Shown here: one piece after another, positions 16,897 to 26,047 of the stretch
Layout: each line of letters opens with the position of its first letter
Numbering within the stretch: the stretch's first letter is position 1
Source: Candidatus Aminicenantes bacterium
GTDB lineage: Bacteria; Acidobacteriota; Aminicenantia; Aminicenantales; Saccharicenantaceae
Direction of reading: 5' to 3'
Length of the DNA: 64,000 bases
Assembly: GCA_014360005.1 (NCBI GenBank)
Contig: JACIYI010000009.1
Span: forward strand, 13,347-77,346
Notes under the pieces: generated by a model
The model's input: only the letters and a program-made list of their open reading frames with translations
What the model was told of the DNA's origin: nothing
Databases searched by the model: none
Position numbers and translations under genes: made by a program

Positions 16897-17117
16897 GTAG
16901 GATAACGGGGACTCATACCACTAATATTTAAGCGGGTTATTTCTTGCAGACTTTTTAGACAGGCTCAATATGCTTCGCCCTCAATGCTCCAGGTTGAATA
17001 GATAAACGGCCTGCGGGACACAATTGGCTGTCTGACCTTTATTCTTAAGTGCTTTTTCGGAGGGAAACCGCTTCTATTATTCTTGCCGCTCTCATTCCAA
17101 GATTTTCAAGTTACTTT

Positions 17118-20084
17118 TTATTTCTGGATAGCGTCTTTGACGCAGCGGAAGCCCACCGTGGCGTTGCGGTCGAGGCCAGGAGAGATAAGCAACAGTGTCT
17201 GCTGGCGGCTTACCGGCAGCGGTCCGCTCTTTGGATACCAGATACTGGCTTCCGGCGAGTAATAACTTCCGCCTTTAATCATCACGTAGGAATAAACTCC
17301 GTTATCATAGACGTCAGCGGTTAATTGCCAGACGTTGCCCACCAGGTCTTCCACCCCGAAGGGACTGGCTCCGGCCGGGTGAGCCTCAACAGCTGTGGTC
17401 TGCCCGGTTTTGTGGTTGCAGCGGCTTGGGTCAAGCTTATTTCCCCAGGGATACTGGCGACCATCCGTTCCCTGGGCGGCATACTGCCATTCCGCTTCGG
17501 TCGGCAGGCGCTTTCCGGTCCAGCGGGCATAGGCTTCGGCATCTTCCAGGTTGACCCAGACTACCGGATGATTTTCCTGCCCGGCGGGCGGCTTGCCGTT
17601 TACCCAGTGTTTCAGGAAATTGGTTGGGTCTTTTGGCTTGTAGCCAGATTTTTTCAGGAACAGGGCAAACTGAGCGTTGGTCACCGGGTATTTATCCATG
17701 AAGAAGCGCGGCATCAATATTTTCTCGCCTTCAGCCTTTTCCGGGTAGGGGATGACCGGGTTGGCGTCGTCGGGATTGCCGACCGTGGTGTAGGTATATT
17801 CGCCACCCGGGATTTCTACCATACCTTCGGGTGCCAGCTCGGCTCTGGAGGTTGGCTTGACCGGGTTGACCAGGCGCGGCAGAGCCACAGGCAGCGGAAT
17901 TACGGCTTCATCAAGAAGTTCACCCCCGGCCGAGAAAAGCTGTACGACCACCTTCTCGCCCTTCCCCTGGAACTGCTCCCAGAGAGAAAATTCCAGGTCA
18001 GAGGCCGGAAAAACGGCCGTTTTAGCCTGGTAAGACGGATTGCCGGGGGTAACCACCAATCGCCCCTCTACGGGCTTTGTAGCCAGTTTTACGGCAATTT
18101 TGTCCCGGTATCTGTGGGCTTTAATGATTTCCGGCAGGGCGGCCAGGCAGTCCAGGTTGCCTTCCAGGCGGGTATCCAGGTGGTGCCGGCTGAAGGCTTC
18201 AAGCTCGGCCGGAAGATAAAGGCAGTCTCCCACCTTTTCCGGCTTGAGCTCCTCATGCCGCCACAGGCTGACGAAGTGGTAGCCCGGTTTTTCTTTGATG
18301 GGGATGAGCGGACCCCGGTAGCCTTCGGGCTTCAGGCTGAAAACGGTGAAAATTATCTTGTTATCAGCCGGCCAACAGTTGGCCCAGAGGCCATCCTCAA
18401 GCACCGGGTAGAAAGGAATCCAGTCCGGGCTGATGAAGGCCGAATGATTCTCCCGCAGGATTTTCAGGGTTCTCCCGAGGTGTGACAGGTCTTCTTCAAT
18501 GGTCTCGGGCCGTCCGGGCCGCATGGTGTTTATCTCGCTGCCGTAACCGTTGAAGAAGGCCACCGAAGCTTCTCGCCGGAAACGGCCTTCGCCGAGCTGG
18601 ATAACCCGGAAGATGGCGTTATCGGGCTTGATGAATTTGTTCAGGTTGAGGGGCGGTGGGAGGTAAAGGGCGTCGTGAACTCTTCCGGCGACTATTCCCG
18701 GCATATCTTTTGGCACGGCCATGCCCTCGCTGTACATGATGATACCGGGTTTGACCCGGTCGGCCATGGCCTGGAATTCACGGCTGGATTCCCCCCAGGT
18801 GTCAAGTATGACCCCGTCGGCATCGAGCTCACGCAGGATGCTTTCCATGGCCTGGAGGTGTTCTTCCCGCCGGGTGCTTTCATCCCAGGGGTTGTAGGAA
18901 ATGAAATATTTCTTGCCTTTCTGGTGGACGTAAGCCACCTGCTTTTTGAGCTCGGCCAGGCCGCCCGGCAGATGGCGATACATATCCCACTGGTTGCGCT
19001 GGTCAAGACCGAGGCGCGGCCAGGTCGGCCAGATGGCATAGATGTCTATTCCGCCAACGAGTTTATCCCAGGCCAGCAGGTTTTCGTAAAAAGTGTACCG
19101 GCCGGACTGGCGGTCGTAATAGGCGTGGTCCCAGGCGAACTGCAGCAGCATCAGGTAAGATTTCCTGACCCACTTCAGGTCTTCTCTTTCGTAGAGCGAG
19201 TTATCGAATTTTTCCAGGTCGTAGAGGTAGCGCTCCTGGAACATCAGCCTCAGGCCGCCGAACCAGGGTTCAGGCGAAAAGAGAAGGTCATAAGCCAGGC
19301 CGCTTTGGGGAGAAACCTCTGCCGGGTGCACCTCAAGGTAAAGGTTGTATTCCAGGAAACCGCCGGATTCCAGGGTGGCTGCCCAGCGCCGGATTTCGGT
19401 TTTCTCGCTTCGGTCGCGCCGGGCCAGAGCCACCAGGTTGAGGCCCGGAGCCACTTCCAGGTCGCAGAAACCGAGGTGCCAGGCGTTATCCGGCAGCAGA
19501 ACTCCGATTGGCTTTTTACCGGGGCGGTAGAGAAGCGTCCGGCTCAGGTAATGGGGCCATCTATTGGGAAGACCGGCGGTGATATAGACGCGGTCCGGTC
19601 CTTCGGCCAGCGGAACCAGGTTTTCTATCTTCACTTTTTCCTGGCTGATATTTTCCAGTCGCAAAACCAGGTTGAGGCCAGGGTAGGCAGAAGCTTTGGC
19701 GGTGAGTCGGGCTTTTGCCTTACCCTCAAGACTAAACTCCAGGAAGTTCTGAGCGGAAGAAATAGCGGGGTTGCCTGGCTGTCCCGAGGTTAAGGTGGCT
19801 GAAATCTCCCGGTTGGCTTCCGGCTTTATCCAGGCTGCCGAAAATAATTTTTCAGAAAGTAGCAGGCTAAAAAGGGGCAGGGAAGTGGGCGGGATAATTT
19901 CTCGGCCGTCAGTTAATTTCAGGCTCTTGATAATCAGTCCGTCTCTGGGGCTGATGGTCAGGGTTATCTGTTTGAGTTCAGGACGGGAGGCATCTCTGGC
20001 TGACAGCGTAACCTGGAAGAAAGAAAATATCAGCAAATAAGTGAGAACTAATTTGTAGATGGTTCTGTTCATGGCCAACCTCAC
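17118..20084 (-). CDS. Large secreted protein with a C-terminal FGE/SUMF1 (sulfatase-modifying-factor)-like domain
   Basis: 988 aa with a signal peptide (MNRTIYKLVLTYLLIFSFFQVTLSA). The C-terminal roughly 280 aa read FFMDKYPVTNAQFALFLKKSGYKP...HPVVWVNLEDAEAYARWTGKRLPTEAEWQYAAQG...YPWGN...GASPFGVEDLVGNVWQLT...IKGGSY...GFRCV, the canonical FGE-sulfatase fold signature. The central segment (YNPWDE...ELDADGVILDTWGE) resembles a TIM-barrel glycosidase-like module, but that assignment is low confidence. Confidence 0.85.
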   Translation of the reverse strand: MRLAMNRTIYKLVLTYLLIFSFFQVTLSARDASRPELKQITLTISPRDGLIIKSLKLTDGREIIPPTSLPLFSLLLSEKLFSAAWIKPEANREISATLTSGQPGNPAISSAQNFLEFSLEGKAKARLTAKASAYPGLNLVLRLENISQEKVKIENLVPLAEGPDRVYITAGLPNRWPHYLSRTLLYRPGKKPIGVLLPDNAWHLGFCDLEVAPGLNLVALARRDRSEKTEIRRWAATLESGGFLEYNLYLEVHPAEVSPQSGLAYDLLFSPEPWFGGLRLMFQERYLYDLEKFDNSLYEREDLKWVRKSYLMLLQFAWDHAYYDRQSGRYTFYENLLAWDKLVGGIDIYAIWPTWPRLGLDQRNQWDMYRHLPGGLAELKKQVAYVHQKGKKYFISYNPWDESTRREEHLQAMESILRELDADGVILDTWGESSREFQAMADRVKPGIIMYSEGMAVPKDMPGIVAGRVHDALYLPPPLNLNKFIKPDNAIFRVIQLGEGRFRREASVAFFNGYGSEINTMRPGRPETIEEDLSHLGRTLKILRENHSAFISPDWIPFYPVLEDGLWANCWPADNKIIFTVFSLKPEGYRGPLIPIKEKPGYHFVSLWRHEELKPEKVGDCLYLPAELEAFSRHHLDTRLEGNLDCLAALPEIIKAHRYRDKIAVKLATKPVEGRLVVTPGNPSYQAKTAVFPASDLEFSLWEQFQGKGEKVVVQLFSAGGELLDEAVIPLPVALPRLVNPVKPTSRAELAPEGMVEIPGGEYTYTTVGNPDDANPVIPYPEKAEGEKILMPRFFMDKYPVTNAQFALFLKKSGYKPKDPTNFLKHWVNGKPPAGQENHPVVWVNLEDAEAYARWTGKRLPTEAEWQYAAQGTDGRQYPWGNKLDPSRCNHKTGQTTAVEAHPAGASPFGVEDLVGNVWQLTADVYDNGVYSYVMIKGGSYYSPEASIWYPKSGPLPVSRQQTLLLISPGLDRNATVGFRCVKDAIQK

Positions 20085-20258
20085 TCGTCCTAATTTTCCC
20101 TGATTTCTGACTTTAAGACAACAAAAGATGACAATTTTAAGCGTCGATAGCGGTGGCAGTAATCCTCAGCCAGATGCGGGGTAGATAAGGAAGTTGACGG
20201 AGCCAGGCTGGCGGCGGATAATAAGTAAAATCAAGTTCAAGGCAAGCTGGAGGCTGCT

Positions 20259-21167
20259 ATGATTAAGAACCTGAAGACTGACGTTTTGATCATCGGGGCC
20301 GGGCCGGCCGGGCTGACCGCCGCCCTCTACGTAGCCCGGGCTGGCAAGAAAGCCCTGGTCCTTGACGGGCGAAATCCGTCGCGGATGGCCCTCGGATACG
20401 AGATAGAAAATTACCCCGGTTTTCTCAGCATCAACAGCCAGGAGCTGCTGAATAAATTCCTGGAACAGGCCAGTCACCACGGGGCGGAAATTCTCAAAGA
20501 AGATGCCCTGGCTCTGGCCCTTGAAAGCCAGCCCAAGTATGTGACCACCAAGAGCGCTTTCATTGAAGCCCAGGCGGTAATCGTTGCCACCGGGAAACCC
20601 TTCAGCAAGGAACGGATGATTCCGGGCGAAGAAGAACTGACCGGCCGCGGAGTTAGCTACTGTGCCACCTGCGACGGCCCGCTTTACCGGGGGCGTGACA
20701 TCCTGGCCTACGGCCTGTCGGAAGAGACAACAGAAGAGGTCCTGGAGCTTGACCAGATGGGTTGTAAGGTCAGGCTGGTCACCGGAAGAAAAATCAAGCC
20801 AGAATACGAGCCTGAACTGGAAAGGCTCAAGCAAAAGGGCATTCCCCTCTTGCTGAACTATGAACTCAAAGAGATAAAAGGCGAAAAGCGGGTGGAAAAG
20901 GTGGTGGTGGAAAAGGACGGCCAGGTGGAGGAGATAGCGGTTTCGGCAGTTTTTATCTTCCGGGAAATACCATCAACTGCCCTTTTTACCAAGGCCGGTC
21001 TCCAGCTCGACCAGAGGCAGTGCCTGGTGGTTGACCGTTACCAGAGAACCAGCCTGGAAGGCGTTTTCGCTGCCGGCGATGTGACCTGCGGCAGCATGCA
21101 GGTAGCTTCAGCCGTAGGCGAAGGCTGCGTGGCGGCCATGCAGGCCCTGGCCTATCTCCGGAAATGA
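20259..21167 (+). CDS. trxB: Thioredoxin-disulfide reductase
   Basis: 302 aa. FAD-binding DVLIIGAGPAGLTAALY, redox-active CATCDG, and C-terminal GVFAAGDV. Confidence 0.95.
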   Translation: MIKNLKTDVLIIGAGPAGLTAALYVARAGKKALVLDGRNPSRMALGYEIENYPGFLSINSQELLNKFLEQASHHGAEILKEDALALALESQPKYVTTKSAFIEAQAVIVATGKPFSKERMIPGEEELTGRGVSYCATCDGPLYRGRDILAYGLSEETTEEVLELDQMGCKVRLVTGRKIKPEYEPELERLKQKGIPLLLNYELKEIKGEKRVEKVVVEKDGQVEEIAVSAVFIFREIPSTALFTKAGLQLDQRQCLVVDRYQRTSLEGVFAAGDVTCGSMQVASAVGEGCVAAMQALAYLRK

Positions 21168-21439
21168 GCCAGCTGCTGGATAGGTTCATAGAAAAAGTCC
21201 TGAAGATTTATCGGCTTATTTGATTTATCGTTGGCCGCTTAATTCACCATCAGTTTTTCATTTTATTCGTTCTTAAAATTACTTTCATAATCTAATTTTG
21301 CTTTACCATTATTCTACTCAGGCCCAACGGCGACCCTGTCCACTTTTGGGTATTTTGATGTCAACGAGCCAAGCCAGGCAACTCGAGCCCAACTGTCCTG
21401 TGGCCTTAACATGTTAAACTTTCTGGACAGGCAGTGCAA

Positions 21440-22414
21440 CTAATTTTTTCGTCCGTTTTTTCGCGGGCGGTGCAGGCGGAAGGTAAGGTTCTTGTGGCGG
21501 TCGATGATGACATGGCCGCCAATGGGCACGGCCATCAGGTCATCGGAAAGGTTGTGGCCGAAGTTGGAAACAGCCAGGATAGGCAGGGGATTGCCGCGAG
21601 CTTCCCTTTTCTTGATGATGTCGCGGAGGTAATTGCGGACAAACCGCAGATGCTCCCTCTGAATCATCCGGTAATTTCCGTTCTTGCTGTAATAAGCCAG
21701 TGAACCGAGGACTAGACCCCGAATTTCATTAAACGCTTTGTGGCGCCTGAGGGCGGCCAGCAGCCGGTGCAGGTCCTCCACATCAATCTGGACATCTTCA
21801 AAAAACAGGACATACCTTTTCCAATTGTAGGTGGGTGGCTTCTTGCGGTTGAGGTAATTGACAAAAGTAGACAGATTGCCGCCCAGCGGCACGCCCGATA
21901 GCCTTCTTTTCGGAGGGCGGGTCAGCCAGAGCATGCCGTGGTAGGTGACTGGCTCGTCGAACAGCAGGGAAGCCATCTTTTTGAAATTCCCCGGTCCCAG
22001 TCTCAGGGTGGGAAAGTAAACGGCCGGAATCCGGGTACGGTGATGAATATCGTTCAGCAAGAAGGTGAAATCAGAAAAGCCCATGAAAATAGGTTTCCGC
22101 CTTTTTATGACCTGATAGTCTTTCTGGTCGATCTTGAACAGGATATCCTCGGCTCCGGTGCCTCCAGCCACGGAAATAATCAGGTCGGCTTCGCGAATGG
22201 CCCGCTTGAAGACTTCGGCCCGGTCTTCGAGAGAGGCAGTCACGTGGTCGATGAGCCGATCGCTGGAGAAGAGGTGGGGGCTGAGTTCAATGTCCACCTG
22301 GCCCAGAATTTTCCTCAGCCGGCGGATGGTCTTGTTGACCAGGCTTTTCTCGCACAGGGGTAAACAGGTAGATGGGGCGATAAAACTGACCTTTTTTATC
22401 TGTACCCCATTCAT
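21440..22414 (-). CDS. ldcA: LD-carboxypeptidase (peptidase S66, LdcA/MccF family)
   Basis: 324 aa. Nucleophile motif MGFSDFTFLL, then FFEDV (Glu) and SNFGHN (His) in the family order. Confidence 0.85.
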   Translation of the reverse strand: MNGVQIKKVSFIAPSTCLPLCEKSLVNKTIRRLRKILGQVDIELSPHLFSSDRLIDHVTASLEDRAEVFKRAIREADLIISVAGGTGAEDILFKIDQKDYQVIKRRKPIFMGFSDFTFLLNDIHHRTRIPAVYFPTLRLGPGNFKKMASLLFDEPVTYHGMLWLTRPPKRRLSGVPLGGNLSTFVNYLNRKKPPTYNWKRYVLFFEDVQIDVEDLHRLLAALRRHKAFNEIRGLVLGSLAYYSKNGNYRMIQREHLRFVRNYLRDIIKKREARGNPLPILAVSNFGHNLSDDLMAVPIGGHVIIDRHKNLTFRLHRPRKNGRKN

Positions 22415-22541
22415 CTCGGGAAGTGTCCTTACCTGGCGTTTGGTTAATAAAGACTAACAGAAAAAATTAGCTTTGGCAAGATTAAGATGAATTTTTGGCA
22501 AAATTTACAGGCTGGCAGCTAAGTGATTAAATAATAATATT

Positions 22542-23969
22542 TTAGGATGACTGGAAGGTTTCCAGAAGCGGGCCCAGCTCCGATTGCCTGATTTTTTTCA
22601 GGGCCCGCAATTCTATCTGCCGGATGCGTTCCCGGGTCAGTTTGAAATGCCGGCCGATTTCTTCCAGGGTGTATTCCCGGTGACCATCCAGCCCGTACCT
22701 CATGCTCAGGATAGCCCTTTCGCGGTCCGACAGTTGCTCGATGGCCTTTACCAGCTGGTCCTTGAGGCTCTGCAGGATGCAGCTTTCAGCCGGGTCCTTA
22801 ATCTTGCTATCTTCCAGGAAGTCGCCAAGCAAGGTATCGCCCGATTCATTCACCGGAGTTTCCAGGGAAACCTGTTCCTGAGAGAAGGTGACCATTTCCA
22901 GAATCTTGGCCGGAGGCAGGTTCATCTTTCTGGCCAGGTCTTTTTCATCGGGTTCCCGGCCCTCGGACTGGAAGAACTGCTGGGCCTTTTTTTTCATTCT
23001 CTGGATGGTTTCCACCAGGTGCACCGGCATCCGGACCGTGCGGGCCTGGTCGGCGATGGCCCGGGTGATGGATTGTTTTATCCACCAGGTGGCATAGGTG
23101 GAAAACTTGTGGCCGCGCCGGTACTGGAATTTTTCGGCGGCCCTGATCAGGCCCAGGTTGCCCTCCTGAATCAGGTCGAGCAGGCTCAGTCCCTGGTGCT
23201 GGAATTTCTTGGCGATGGAGACTACCAGGCGGAGGTTGGCTGCGACCAGCTGGTTCTTGGCCTGCTGCCTTAATTCCTGGGCGGTTTCTATGCGTTCGTA
23301 GATGTCGATTAATTTCTGCTGGCGGGCTTCAGGACTGCGAGCGGCTTCATCCAGCAGGCGCTCCTTGATGCGGTTAATGAGTTCATATTTCATGTCCCAG
23401 CGCAGGTCCAGTTCCAGGCAGCTCAGCAGCAGACGCCGGTCTAGGCGGCCCCGCTTCCAGCGGTATTTCCTGGTGGCTGGAAGGTTTTTCAGGCGGATTG
23501 CCAGCCGGCGGATAGTTTCCAGCTCAGCCAGAGCCCGACGGTGAACCTGCTTTAGATTCTTAGGGCTGAAATCGTTGTCCGGCAGGTTAAACCAGCGGCT
23601 AATGAGTTCGGGCTGAGCTCTGAGCAGCCGCTCCAGGCGCCTGAGCTCTTCCAGGGCCAGGGGAGTCTGCAGCAAGGCCCTGATGGTTTCTCGGTCGCCC
23701 CGTTCCATTTTACGGGCCAGCTCCAGCTCGCCCTCGCGGGACAAGAGGACATAACTCCCCATGTCGTGCAGGTAAATTTTAATCAGGTCAACCGGCACCC
23801 TTCCATCCTGAGGACCAGAGTCGTCGCTGACTGCGGGAGGGTAGAGCTCAGCCGAAGCCTCCAGCAGGGCCGACAGTTCATCAGACTCCTGAGACTGTCC
23901 TGTTTTCAGGCGCAACAGGGACCGAAGTTCCTTGTCCCTGGCTTCGAGATTATCTATATTATCTATCAT
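22542..23969 (-). CDS. rpoD: Primary RNA polymerase sigma factor (sigma-70)
   Basis: 475 aa. LVVSIAKKFQHQGLSLLDLIQEGNLGLIRAAEKFQYRRGHKFSTYATWWIKQSITRAIADQARTVRMPVHL covers regions 2.1-2.4. The region 4.2 HTH is YTLEEIGRHFKLTRERIRQIELRALKKI. Confidence 0.95.
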   Translation of the reverse strand: MIDNIDNLEARDKELRSLLRLKTGQSQESDELSALLEASAELYPPAVSDDSGPQDGRVPVDLIKIYLHDMGSYVLLSREGELELARKMERGDRETIRALLQTPLALEELRRLERLLRAQPELISRWFNLPDNDFSPKNLKQVHRRALAELETIRRLAIRLKNLPATRKYRWKRGRLDRRLLLSCLELDLRWDMKYELINRIKERLLDEAARSPEARQQKLIDIYERIETAQELRQQAKNQLVAANLRLVVSIAKKFQHQGLSLLDLIQEGNLGLIRAAEKFQYRRGHKFSTYATWWIKQSITRAIADQARTVRMPVHLVETIQRMKKKAQQFFQSEGREPDEKDLARKMNLPPAKILEMVTFSQEQVSLETPVNESGDTLLGDFLEDSKIKDPAESCILQSLKDQLVKAIEQLSDRERAILSMRYGLDGHREYTLEEIGRHFKLTRERIRQIELRALKKIRQSELGPLLETFQSS

Positions 23970-24134
23970 AGTTAACCTCCTGAAATCCTACAATTCCTAT
24001 AGGAATACTATAAATATAGGCAAAAAGTTACAAAAAGCAAGTAAAAAATATTAATTTTTGATTAAATTTGGGGTTTTAAGAGCCTTTTTACTGCTCCAGC
24101 TAATTTGAACTCTTTTAGAGCGCAGCTTGCTCAG

Positions 24135-24845
24135 TCAAGATTTGAGGCTGCTTCTGGAGGGCGGGCTGTCTACTTCCGTTTTTTGCGCCTGCTTTAGCTT
24201 CTGGGTCAGCTGGTGGGCCTGGCGGAGCGGTTCCGGCACCCGGAAGCCCTTCAGACATTGCCGGACCAGGTTCAGGGCGTCCTGGTGATTAACCAGGTGG
24301 CCGGGGGAAACAAAAAGCGGCCGGACCCCGGCCCGGCTGCGAAGGACATAACCAACCAGCTCTCCTTTGTGGTTTAACTGGCAGCAGCTGCCCTGACGGC
24401 TGGCCGGCATCCTGAACTCGCCCACCAGATGGGATTTGGCGCAGCCAATGCTGGGGGTATTAAGGATTATTCCCAGGAAAGTGGCGAGGCCCAGCCTCCG
24501 GGGATGAGCGATTCCCTGCCCGTCTATGAGCAGCAGGTCTGGTTTCTGACGGAGCTTGAGCAGGGCCCGGTAAATAGCCGGACCTTCGCGGAAGGATAGA
24601 AAGCCCGGGACATAGGGAAACTGCAGTCGCTCCACGGCGGTCTCCTCTTCCAGGAGTTCCAGACCGGGGAAAGAGAACAGGCAGACGGCGGCCAGGACCA
24701 GCTCGTCGGTAAAGGCGGCGTCAACCGCGGCCAGCAGTCGGGGCCGGGCCTGGAGTGGCACCAGTTTCAGTTTTTTTAGAAGCTGAACCTGGACCCGACG
24801 GGCTCTTTCTATTGTCCCTGGATAAAGCCAGCGCTCCAGTTTCAT
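24135..24845 (-). CDS. nfi: Endonuclease V (deoxyinosine 3' endonuclease)
   Basis: 236 aa. AAVDAAF..., YVPGFLSFREGP and LLIDGQGIAHPRRLGLA are the signature motifs of the Nfi family. Confidence 0.9.
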   Translation of the reverse strand: MKLERWLYPGTIERARRVQVQLLKKLKLVPLQARPRLLAAVDAAFTDELVLAAVCLFSFPGLELLEEETAVERLQFPYVPGFLSFREGPAIYRALLKLRQKPDLLLIDGQGIAHPRRLGLATFLGIILNTPSIGCAKSHLVGEFRMPASRQGSCCQLNHKGELVGYVLRSRAGVRPLFVSPGHLVNHQDALNLVRQCLKGFRVPEPLRQAHQLTQKLKQAQKTEVDSPPSRSSLKS

Positions 24846-24946
24846 CTTGCCTAAAACCGTTTCTTATTATAACCTTTTTCCCGTATTCCGGGTGGGTTTT
24901 TGAGAATCAAGCAAAAATCTCTGGCCGAACCTGGAGGACAACACTC

Positions 24947-25723
24947 ATGATAATCTGTTTTGACGTTGATGGCGTCCTGGTGGAAGTCGGGCCGAGCTAT
25001 TATCGGGCTCTGGCCGAAACGGTTTCTTATTTCCTGGGAAAGCCGGTTGATTCCGGGTTGCTGCTCCGCTTGAAATTCAGGTTGAACCTGAACAACGACT
25101 GGGATGCTACGCTGGCCGGGATTCTTTTTTATCGCTGCGGGCTGCAGCCCGAGGATTTTGTCAGACAGCTGGCCCCCGGGCCGCCGGACTTCAGGAAGTT
25201 TTATGCCCGGGCGGCTGAAGAAAGAATTGAGCTCCCCGATTACGACCGGCTGATAGAAAAATTTGAAGCTCTCTACCGGCAGTACCGTCCGCTGGAGACA
25301 TTGAAAATTTCTCCGGCCATCCTGGCTGAGATAAAATCGCTGGCCGGGCGCCTGGCGGTTATCACCGGAAGAACGCGGGAAGACCTCGATTATACCTTCA
25401 ACAAGTTTTCGCTTTATCATTTTTTTGAGGTGATCATCGCCGAAGATGACCTGCCTACGGTTGAAACTCGTAAGCCTTCCTCCTATCCCCTCAAGCTGCT
25501 ATTTGAAAAGAGCGGCTACTCCAGCCCGGCCTGCTACCTCGGGGATACGCTGGCCGATAGCCAGATGGTGGAAAATTTCAACCGGGAAGACGGGCCTAAG
25601 GTATTTTTCGTTCTTTTCAAGAATGCCCTGAACAGCGGAGTGAAGGCCGATTATTACGTAGAAAATGAAAAAGAGCTGCTTCAGGTTGTCAAAAATTTTA
25701 CTCAAGGCAAAGATTTCAGTTGA
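24947..25723 (+). CDS. HAD-superfamily hydrolase
   Basis: The track ORF starts at 24755 and would overlap nfi. The HAD motif I, MIICFDVDGVLVEV, begins at the ATG at 24947, which I take as the start (258 aa). Also VITGRT (motif II), RKPS (Lys) and YLGDTLADSQ (motif IV). Confidence 0.75.
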   Translation: MIICFDVDGVLVEVGPSYYRALAETVSYFLGKPVDSGLLLRLKFRLNLNNDWDATLAGILFYRCGLQPEDFVRQLAPGPPDFRKFYARAAEERIELPDYDRLIEKFEALYRQYRPLETLKISPAILAEIKSLAGRLAVITGRTREDLDYTFNKFSLYHFFEVIIAEDDLPTVETRKPSSYPLKLLFEKSGYSSPACYLGDTLADSQMVENFNREDGPKVFFVLFKNALNSGVKADYYVENEKELLQVVKNFTQGKDFS

Positions 25724-25749
25724 CATTGACAAAATCTGTAATTTATAAT
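25720..25749 (+). promoter_or_regulatory. Near-consensus sigma-70-type promoter overlapping the stop of the HAD gene
   Basis: TTGACA (25720-25725), an 18-nt spacer, then TATAAT (25744-25749). The predicted transcription start is near 25756. No protein gene follows on this strand for more than 3 kb. Confidence 0.5.
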
Positions 25750-25755
25750 CAAATT

Positions 25756-25826
25756 GCTGGCTGGAGAGGGATCCTCCTTAGCCCCGCTTCCTTTTCCTTA
25801 AAAACCTTGGCTCCTCACCAGCCAGC
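25756..25826 (+). ncRNA. Candidate small structured RNA (unknown family)
   Basis: Begins at the predicted transcription start. GCTGGCTGGAGAGG (25756-25769) pairs with CCTCACCAGCCAGC (25813-25826), giving 13 of 14 Watson-Crick pairs with one A/A mismatch. An inner AGCC/GGCT helix forms at 25780-25783 with 25809-25812. The interior is pyrimidine-rich and includes CCTCCT (25773-25778). Downstream, the GC palindrome CGCCCGGGCG plus TTT (25840-25852) could act as a terminator. Confidence 0.35.
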
Positions 25827-26047
25827 CTGTGAAACTAACCGCCCGGGCGTTTAGTAATAGATTATTCCCGCCGCTGTCAGCAAGAGAAGTTATTTGTTAG
25901 AATCATAAAAAGTTTTATCGGCAGGCGAATCTGAGAATTTATTAAAAAGTTTAATCCGACTACTGAGAATTTTCCCCCCAGCAATTTTGTCGGTTAAAAA
26001 TTCTTCCGCTCAAACCAGTCTGGACATTACCCAGATTCTGTTCTGAC

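Noticed and set aside
25756-25826. Possibility that the structured element is the 4.5S/SRP RNA (minus strand contains GGAAAAGGAAGCGG)
   Set aside because: The conserved SRP domain IV features are absent: there is no C-closed GGAA tetraloop in a GGUCC-GGAA-GGAAGCAGC context and no flanking symmetric or asymmetric loops. The only good promoter is on the plus strand. I kept it as an unclassified sRNA candidate instead.
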